From assembly GCA_025934135.1 (NCBI GenBank), contig JAICYR010000001.1:16117-80116 (forward strand): 64,000 nucleotides of DNA. The letters are read 5' to 3'. Source of the stretch: Acidobacteriaceae bacterium (lineage in GTDB: Bacteria; Acidobacteriota; Terriglobia; Terriglobales; Acidobacteriaceae). The notes beneath the pieces are model-generated. The model searched no databases and had not been told where the DNA came from. It saw only the letters and a list, made by a program, of their open reading frames with translations. A program made the translations under genes and the position numbers. How positions within the stretch are numbered: the stretch's first letter is position 1; each line of letters starts with the position of its first letter. This document shows, in pieces, positions 57,345 through 64,000 of the stretch.

Positions 57345-58380
57345 TACGATCCCTCCGGAAAGCGAGGAAATCAAAATACTGCGAACTCAATTTCATTCCC
57401 GCCGCGCGGTACAAATCGAAAATGATTCTATTCGTGTAACGGTCCTCGAAGAAGGAGGACACGTTGCGGAAATTACCGAAAAGGGCACAGGCGTTAATCC
57501 ACTGTGGATACCACCCTGGCCTTCTATCGAGGTGTCGTCATGGTCTCCCGCTCATGCGTCGGAATATGGCGACGGCCTCGACGGAAAACCGCTCGCCGGC
57601 ATCATGGGGCATAGTCTCTGTCTCGACATGTTCGGGCCGCCCTCATTTGAGGAGGAGGCTGCCGGCCTCGGCCTTCATGGTGAGGCTGGAGTCGTCTCGT
57701 GGGCAATCTCCGAAATTCCAAATGGCCTGCTTTGCCGTTGCGCGCTTCCCAACGCGCAACTCGAATTTGAGCGAAGAATCCATATACTCGGCAACTCTGT
57801 GAAATTTCAGGAAAGAGTGACCAACTTAGCTTCGCTCGACCGCGCCATAGCCTGGACCGAGCATGTTACGCTGGGGCCGCCGTTTCTTGAGCGTGGGCGA
57901 ACTCAGTTTCTGGCCAGCACGAGCGCAGTGTGGCCGGCGGGTCGACTTGATTCTTTCCCCGGCAATTCCTCTCCGGCACATCTCAACCCAGCTGAACCTG
58001 AAATTCTGAGCGATGCGGACAACTCCGGAGGCTACGCCGCTTACCTTATGGATGAGTCCCGGCCATTCTCATTTTTCACGGCCTGGTCGCCAAGCTGTAG
58101 AACAGCAATCACGTATCGATGGCGCACTTCGGATTTTCCCTGGCTGGGCGTATGGGATGAAAACCGTTCTCGCAAACACGCGCCCTGGAGCGGGCGGACA
58201 CTCGCGCGAGGCATGGAATTTGGAGTATCGCCGTTTCCGGAAACTCGAAGACAAATGATTGATCGACATTCGCTCTTCAACAAATCAACCTACCGGTGGA
58301 TACCTTCGCGCAGTTCCCTGGCAACAGAATACGAAGCTACCGTATGTCAGGCTGACAGCCTTCCGACGGCGAGTAGCTAA
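57277..58380 (+). CDS. Hypothetical protein, possible galactose-mutarotase-like fold; start uncertain
   Basis: RRAVQIEN..IRVTVL..GGH, HGEA, H.TLG.PFL, FPWLG.W.EN, GMEF motifs resemble aldose-epimerase-like proteins. Confidence 0.55.
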   Translation: MKPRLKFQAKPNRYTNCERRRTNTIPPESEEIKILRTQFHSRRAVQIENDSIRVTVLEEGGHVAEITEKGTGVNPLWIPPWPSIEVSSWSPAHASEYGDGLDGKPLAGIMGHSLCLDMFGPPSFEEEAAGLGLHGEAGVVSWAISEIPNGLLCRCALPNAQLEFERRIHILGNSVKFQERVTNLASLDRAIAWTEHVTLGPPFLERGRTQFLASTSAVWPAGRLDSFPGNSSPAHLNPAEPEILSDADNSGGYAAYLMDESRPFSFFTAWSPSCRTAITYRWRTSDFPWLGVWDENRSRKHAPWSGRTLARGMEFGVSPFPETRRQMIDRHSLFNKSTYRWIPSRSSLATEYEATVCQADSLPTASS

Positions 58381-58381
58381 C

Positions 58382-58753
58382 TTACCGAATGTGCCACAGG
58401 CTGTAGCAAAGCACCGCCAGCACGATCGCGCTCACCCAGAAGTAGGGTCGGTCGCGCTCCATGAGAAAGCCCGCGCCCGCGAGGATGACACGCACGACCG
58501 GAGTCGCGATCAGCACCAGCAGGCCAAGCTGAATCACGCTCTCCGAACCGCCCCGCATGATTCCATGCCATATTCCGGAAGGCGTTCGCAGGTGCCCCGG
58601 CACGCCGTGGAAGTGGCTGTAGTCGGGGCGTGGGCCGGAAACGCCCAGCAGATACATGACGCCGCCAATGAGCACGATGAGCGCGGCCAGCAGCACCCCA
58701 GCCTGAAGGGTGCGCCCGATCGCAATGTCCAGCTTCTCATCCGCGAGCCGCAT
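58382..58753 (-). CDS. DUF1634-like small membrane protein
   Basis: MRLADEKLD..IGRTL..GV...IQLGLL.LIATP..RV; TGATG coupling to the TauE gene. Confidence 0.8.
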   Translation of the reverse strand: MRLADEKLDIAIGRTLQAGVLLAALIVLIGGVMYLLGVSGPRPDYSHFHGVPGHLRTPSGIWHGIMRGGSESVIQLGLLVLIATPVVRVILAGAGFLMERDRPYFWVSAIVLAVLCYSLWHIR

Positions 58754-59589
58754 CAGAGCCTCCCCGCAATGCTGTTCAGGAGCATTTCCACGCCCAGCGC
58801 GACGATGACCAGCGCAAACAAAAGCCGCAGAGTATTGACCCGAGCGTGGACGAGAATCTTCGCTCCGATGAGCGAACCAGCCAGCACGCCGAGCATGACT
58901 GGCATGGCCAGTTCCGGAGCAATGTATCCGCGGCTCAGATAAATGCCCGCGCTCGCCGCCGCCGTCACGCCGATCATGAAGTTTGAGGTCGTGGTCGAAA
59001 CCTTGAAGGGCAACCCCATGGCCTGATCCATGGCCACCACTTTGACCGCGCCTGACCCGATGCCCAGCAGGCCCGAAAGGGTTCCGGCGCCGAACATCAA
59101 CCCGAAGCCCGTGGGCACGCGCTGCGCGATGTAGGGCTGCTTCCCTTCCGCTGAGGGAAAGCTTCCACAAAGTCGCAGCCGCTCGGCAAGCTTGTTGGGG
59201 CGGAGTTCCGCCGTGCGAGATTCTTTCTTGCGCCAGGAAGCCAGCGCGGAGTACAGCAGCACCAGCGCGAAGATAAAGCCGATTGCGTTGGTGGGAACGC
59301 GCGTCGTGAGCCATGCCCCCAGAACGGCACCCAGTGTTGTGGCGATTTCCAGAAACATGCCGATGCGCACGTTCGAGTAGCCCTCGCGCACGTAAGCCGC
59401 CGCCGCGCCGGAAGAAGTTGCGATCACCGAAACCAGCGACGCGCCAATGGCGTAGCGGATGTCCACGTGGAAAAGCAGCGTCAACACCGGAACGATGACC
59501 ACTCCGCCGCCCAGCCCGGTAAGCGCGCCCAGCAGCCCCGCCGCGAGCGAGCTGAGAAAGATGAGTCCCGAAAACTCAACTGTGGTCAT
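58753..59589 (-). CDS. Sulfite exporter TauE/SafE family protein
   Basis: G.LTGLGGG, SL.SVIATSSG, SGLLGIGSG, TTSNFMIGVTAA. Confidence 0.9.
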   Translation of the reverse strand: MTTVEFSGLIFLSSLAAGLLGALTGLGGGVVIVPVLTLLFHVDIRYAIGASLVSVIATSSGAAAAYVREGYSNVRIGMFLEIATTLGAVLGAWLTTRVPTNAIGFIFALVLLYSALASWRKKESRTAELRPNKLAERLRLCGSFPSAEGKQPYIAQRVPTGFGLMFGAGTLSGLLGIGSGAVKVVAMDQAMGLPFKVSTTTSNFMIGVTAAASAGIYLSRGYIAPELAMPVMLGVLAGSLIGAKILVHARVNTLRLLFALVIVALGVEMLLNSIAGRL

Positions 59590-61314
59590 CTACGTGAGTA
59601 TACGCAGCACCGCAACGGAGTCGGGAGTGAGCGTCAGCGAGTCCGCTTCGAGCGAAACTTCTTCGGAAGATTTCAACAGAAGTTGCGCGCGCTCTGGCAT
59701 TGGAAGATGCACCGACTTCGGCGCGATACTGAACGCGACCAGTAGCCGACCGCGCCGCAGCATCAGCCAGCCTGCCTCCTCGCTGAATTCCACATCCACA
59801 TTGCCGGAAATAAAATCAGGCACCGAGCGCCGCAGCGCAATCAGTTCGCGATACCAGGCCAACACGCCCGCGTGCTCCGGCCCTGCAATTTCATCCCACC
59901 GCAGCCGCGAGCGCGTGAAGGTCGTCTCGTCCTGAGGATCGGGAACCTCCTCCGGCTTCCATCCAAAGGCGGCAAACTCCTGCTTGCGGCCTTCGGAGAC
60001 GAGCTTGCCCAGATCCGGCTCGTGGTCCGTGAAATACAAAAATGGAGATGAAGCCGCCCACTCCTCACCTTGAAAAATCAGCGGCACAAAAGGAGAAGCC
60101 ATCACCATAGCCGCCGCAATCTTCACGCGCCCCGGAGTGGTCAGCTCGCTCAGCCGCTCCCCTTTGGCGCGGTTGCCCACCTGGTCGTGGTTTTGAGCGA
60201 AGCCCAGAAAACGCCATGGTCGAAGGCTTTTCACCGGGCGTCCGTGAATGCGGTCGCGATACGCCGAGTAGCGGCCGTCATACACAAATACCTCGCGCAG
60301 CGCCTTCGCAAGGTCGCCCATCGAGCCGAAATCCGCATAGTATCCGCTACGATCGCCGGTGAGCAGCGTGACCAGCGCGTGATGAAAATCGTCGCTCCAC
60401 TGCGCGTCCAGCCCATAGCCGCCGCGCTCCGGTCCCGTGACCAGACGAGGATCGTTGAGGTCGCTCTCCGCAATCACCACATAATTGCGGCCCGTCTCGT
60501 GTTGCAGCGCGTGGACCTCGGAGCCAAGCTGCTCCATAAATCGAATCGCCGAGCGGTCCACGTAAGCATGGACCGCGTCCAGCCGCAGCCCGTCGAAGTG
60601 GTAGTCGCGAAGCCACATCTTCGCGTTGTCAATGAAGAACCGACGCGCCTCGTGGCTTCCCGCTCCCTCAAAGTTAACGGCATCGCCCCAGGGAGTGTGG
60701 TGGCTCGACGTAAAGTAAGGCCCGAAGCGTGCCAGATAATTTCCCGATGGCCCGAGGTGGTTATAGACGACATCCAGCAGTACGGCCAGCCCGCGCGCGT
60801 GCGCCGCGTTCACAAAATGCTTTAGCCCCTGCGGCCCGCCGTACGCCTCCTGCGGAGCGAACAGGTCCACGCCATCGTAGCCCCATCCTCGCGCGCCAGG
60901 AAACGAAGCCACCGGCATCAGCTCCACATGCGTAACGCCGAGCGTCTTCAAATACTCAAGCCGCTCTTCCGCCGCCGTAAAGGTGCCTTCGAGCGTGAAC
61001 GTCCCGACGTGCAACTCGTAGATCACGGCCTTCTTGAGAAAGGGAGCATGCCAGTGGCTGTCCGTCCATGCGAACGCGCTCTGGTCGAGCAAGCGCGACA
61101 TTCCATGCACGCCATTCGGCTGCCACGGCGACCGCGGATCGGGCAGGACAGGTTCCTGCCCATTCAGAATGAATCCATAATCCGACTCCGGTCCGGCCGC
61201 ATCCACGCTGGCCTCCCACCATCCGCCGCCGGTCTGCGCCATCGGATACGCGGAGCCGCCGACCTTCACATCCACGCGCTCAGCCCTTGGCGCCCATACA
61301 CGAAACAAGTGCAT
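59590..61314 (-). CDS. treZ: Malto-oligosyltrehalose trehalohydrolase (GH13)
   Basis: FRVWAP, YELHVGTF, WGYDG, DVVYNH.GP.GNYL, GLRLDAVH, QW.DDFHH, QNHDQVGNR..G.R. Confidence 0.94.
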   Translation of the reverse strand: MHLFRVWAPRAERVDVKVGGSAYPMAQTGGGWWEASVDAAGPESDYGFILNGQEPVLPDPRSPWQPNGVHGMSRLLDQSAFAWTDSHWHAPFLKKAVIYELHVGTFTLEGTFTAAEERLEYLKTLGVTHVELMPVASFPGARGWGYDGVDLFAPQEAYGGPQGLKHFVNAAHARGLAVLLDVVYNHLGPSGNYLARFGPYFTSSHHTPWGDAVNFEGAGSHEARRFFIDNAKMWLRDYHFDGLRLDAVHAYVDRSAIRFMEQLGSEVHALQHETGRNYVVIAESDLNDPRLVTGPERGGYGLDAQWSDDFHHALVTLLTGDRSGYYADFGSMGDLAKALREVFVYDGRYSAYRDRIHGRPVKSLRPWRFLGFAQNHDQVGNRAKGERLSELTTPGRVKIAAAMVMASPFVPLIFQGEEWAASSPFLYFTDHEPDLGKLVSEGRKQEFAAFGWKPEEVPDPQDETTFTRSRLRWDEIAGPEHAGVLAWYRELIALRRSVPDFISGNVDVEFSEEAGWLMLRRGRLLVAFSIAPKSVHLPMPERAQLLLKSSEEVSLEADSLTLTPDSVAVLRILT

Positions 61315-61437
61315 TCGTTAGTCCTCAAAACGAAAAATTATTCACGACCAACGAGCGTGGCCTAGGAAGCTCGTACCACGAAGGCGCGAAGCGCGATTGC
61401 CTGGATGGCAGTCCCGCTGTTGCCTCGACGGCCAGTT

Positions 61438-62208
61438 CTACTGTTCGTGGTAGTTCCGCATCAGCCCGCCGTCAATCACAAACGTGGAGCCGTTGATGTA
61501 GGCGGCATCGTCGGAAGCGAGAAACGCGACCAGCCCCGCCACATCGTCTACCGTCCCGAGCCGCCCCACCGGAATTTTCTTGAGCAGCGCGTCGAGCTTG
61601 GGTTTGTTCTCCAGCAGCGCCGTGTTGATAGGTGTCGAAACGGCGCCGGGGGCCACGTTGTTGATCGTAATGCCCAGCGGGCCAAGTTCGACGGCCAGGT
61701 CGCGCGTCATCATGCGCAGCCCGCCTTTGCTGATGCAGTAAGTAGCGAATCCCGGAAACGCCATGTCCTCATGCACGGAACTGATATTGATGATGCGCCC
61801 CGGCTTCTTCGCCTCGCGAAGCCGCTGCACAAAGGCCTGCGCCAGAAAAAACGGCCCCTTCAGATTTACGTGAAGGATGCGGTCGTAGTCGGCCTCCGGC
61901 GTCTCCCAGAATGCCGACTTATGCTCCATGCCCGCGTTGTTCACCAGAATGTCCGCGCTGCCGAACGCCTTCCACGCCTCATTCACCAGATTTCGGACCG
62001 CGGCCACCTGCGAAACGTCGGCCTCGCAGGTAATGCCTTTTGCTCCGGCGTCCGTCACCATCTTCAGCGTGGCGTCGGCGACATTCGGCGCGCCAATGTA
62101 GTCGATCACAACGTTCGCGCCTTCGCGCGCCAGCCGCTCGGCAATTCCCTGTCCAATTCCCTGGCTCGATCCCGTGACGATCGCCGTGCGCCCCTTGAGC
62201 ATGGGCAT
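61438..62208 (-). CDS. Short-chain dehydrogenase (glucose 1-dehydrogenase-like)
   Basis: TGSSQGIG, NNAG, SSVHE, YCISK, PGA..TPIN, DGG. Confidence 0.88.
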   Translation of the reverse strand: MPMLKGRTAIVTGSSQGIGQGIAERLAREGANVVIDYIGAPNVADATLKMVTDAGAKGITCEADVSQVAAVRNLVNEAWKAFGSADILVNNAGMEHKSAFWETPEADYDRILHVNLKGPFFLAQAFVQRLREAKKPGRIINISSVHEDMAFPGFATYCISKGGLRMMTRDLAVELGPLGITINNVAPGAVSTPINTALLENKPKLDALLKKIPVGRLGTVDDVAGLVAFLASDDAAYINGSTFVIDGGLMRNYHEQ

Positions 62209-62324
62209 AGTTAACACCTCCGCAGATTGAAATTCCTCCAACTGTCCATAATTCAACTTCTTCTAGGATGCGTCAAAGCCAGAAGCGGCCCGCAACGGGG
62301 CCGCCGGTGAGGAATGCCGTTCTA

Positions 62325-64000
62325 CTAATTCTGAGCGGGTGTACTTGAAGCCGGCGTCGCGGGCTTCTGCTCGGGCTCGGACGAAGAGAGCGGTGCGGAG
62401 GCTTGCGAAGCAGCCGGGTGTGAAGCAACAACCTCCGTGGTTGAAGTTGTAAGCGCCTTTGGTTGCGCAGCGGTGGGAGCGTCGTTCGCTGAAGGCGCGG
62501 GCACAACTTTGGCTGGCCCCACATTTTCCGGCTTAGAAGCACTTGCAGCCGGCGTGGGCGCAACCTTCGCCGGAGCAACAGCCGCTCCATTCGTGGCTGG
62601 CTGCGTGGTGGGCTCCGCTGGCGCCGTATATGCCGGACGAGGCTTCGGGACCGCCGCTTCCTGCTTTTCGGTCGGCTTCTTTCCGCCGGAAATTTCCGCC
62701 GTCAGCGTCACCACGTTGACCACCGAAGGATCGTCGCGCAGTTTCACATAAAGCTCGCCGCCATCCACCGGATGCGGCACCGGCAGCACGCGCCCCGGAA
62801 ACCCATCGGGAACCTGCACAGGATTCGTGAACTGCTGGTTCGGCGCGATGGAGTCCACAAGAAACAGATTTGAACCGCGCAGCTTGCAAGCCACATTGGG
62901 GTCATCATCGCACTTCAGCGATTCAAAATTCGGCAGCCTCACAAGCGTGCCCAGCGGCTGCCAGTCACCGTCCACGCCGTCCGCCACTACGCGAAAACGC
63001 AGCGGCCCAAATGCGGATGCGCCAAACGCCTTCGCCGAGTCCAGCCTTGCCACGGCGATGTGGCGGTCCTGAAGCGTTAGACCGTTGGCAAGCGTCAATG
63101 TAGTCGAGTAGGCGCCGTCCTTGGTCGCAACCTCAATCTCTTCCGCGCGGGAGAAATTCTCCGGCGTCTCAGCCTTCAGAGAAAACAGCAGCACGGCATT
63201 CTGCGGCAACTCATCCGGATTAAGAATCTGGATATTGCTCTTCGCCGCCTCGTCCCCCGCGCCGCCGTCCTCCTGCACAAACTTGCTGATGAGCGTCACG
63301 CGGGGTCGCGCCGCGTCCACCGTGGCCAACACGTCGAGCGTGCGCCCATCGCGCAGCGTGGCCACTGCCGGCAGCGTCTGCCCCGCTTGCAGCGCGCTGG
63401 CCGCTTTGGAATTCACCGCCTCCATCGCCAGCTTGTCGTCGCCCTTCGCGCTGGTCAGCGTTCCGGGTTTGAACTCAACGCCCTTCATCTTGAGCACGGC
63501 AACTTCGTCCAGCCTGCTCCCCGTCAGGAATCCCTGATGATCGCCGGAGTGCAGTGTGAATCCGCTCAGATGGGCGGCCTTGGCGAAGGTTCGCACCTTA
63601 ATGTCCGCAGGTTTCTCCAGCCCCGCCTGCTTCACCAGCAGCACCATGCTGCCCGGCTGCGCATCCTTCAGCGGAAGCGTCACCTGCACTTGGTTCGGCT
63701 TCACCAGCTTCCACTTCGCTTTGATCTCCTTGCCGTCCGCGGTCCTGAACTGCACCCCGTCCACGCAGCTTGCGTTGCCCGCTTCCAGCAGCACCGTGTC
63801 CTCGCGCCCAACCACCAGCGGACCATCATCCGCATCCGCAATCTTCCACGTTTGTTCGTGCGAACCCTGAAGCCGAATTTCCGGCCCGCGGAATGGAACA
63901 AAGCCCCACTCGCCGCGAATCGACGCCTTCACGTCCGTGCCGATCACGGTTCCGGTGAGTGGCTTAGTGTCCACATCCAGCCCGCCGCGCGCTGGATCCG
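62325..64000 (-). CDS. Large hypothetical protein with Pro/Ala/Thr-rich C-terminal tail; 5' end outside window
   Basis: Frame stays open to the window edge; beta-rich domains followed by a low-complexity tail. Confidence 0.75.
   Translation of the reverse strand, partial: DPARGGLDVDTKPLTGTVIGTDVKASIRGEWGFVPFRGPEIRLQGSHEQTWKIADADDGPLVVGREDTVLLEAGNASCVDGVQFRTADGKEIKAKWKLVKPNQVQVTLPLKDAQPGSMVLLVKQAGLEKPADIKVRTFAKAAHLSGFTLHSGDHQGFLTGSRLDEVAVLKMKGVEFKPGTLTSAKGDDKLAMEAVNSKAASALQAGQTLPAVATLRDGRTLDVLATVDAARPRVTLISKFVQEDGGAGDEAAKSNIQILNPDELPQNAVLLFSLKAETPENFSRAEEIEVATKDGAYSTTLTLANGLTLQDRHIAVARLDSAKAFGASAFGPLRFRVVADGVDGDWQPLGTLVRLPNFESLKCDDDPNVACKLRGSNLFLVDSIAPNQQFTNPVQVPDGFPGRVLPVPHPVDGGELYVKLRDDPSVVNVVTLTAEISGGKKPTEKQEAAVPKPRPAYTAPAEPTTQPATNGAAVAPAKVAPTPAASASKPENVGPAKVVPAPSANDAPTAAQPKALTTSTTEVVASHPAASQASAPLSSSEPEQKPATPASSTPAQN

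Noticed and set aside
58754-59314. Upstream part of the 310-aa ORF 58382-59314
   Set aside because: It is an alternate frame of the TauE gene. The real small membrane protein starts at the TGATG overlap (58753).

Overview
High-GC bacterial chromosome segment whose gene content and repeat families suggest Acidobacteriota (inference: carboxypeptidase-domain TonB receptor without SusD, GGGTGCCCC and GTCATyCTGAGCGA repeats). In order: glmS (partial), purS, tRNA-Ser(GCT), then about 55 kb of catabolic genes. These include a Tat-exported two-domain multicopper oxidase and a TonB-receptor glycan-utilisation locus with unclassified glycoside hydrolase-like proteins, IclR, FAH, an amidohydrolase pair, a DegT-type aminotransferase, an SSS symporter, a Gfo/Idh/MocA oxidoreductase and a heparinase II/III-like lyase. 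GH20 and GH39 enzymes, an amino-compound catabolic cluster, an L-rhamnose pathway (GH78, rhaT, rhaI, rhaD-SDR, rhaB), GH35, treZ and an SDR follow. The glycan locus is split at 23.1-27.9 kb by an AT-richer island. It holds an intact 2920-bp IS1595-family element (24-bp perfect TIRs, 8-bp TSD) carrying a P63C gene, a 177-180-bp repeat array built from IHF-consensus sites and REP-like hairpins, and an apparent second truncated IS1595 element with cargo inserted in that array. A shared GTTC-N8-GAAC palindrome on both sides of the island suggests one regulon. All calls come from reading the sequence by eye; no searches were run.
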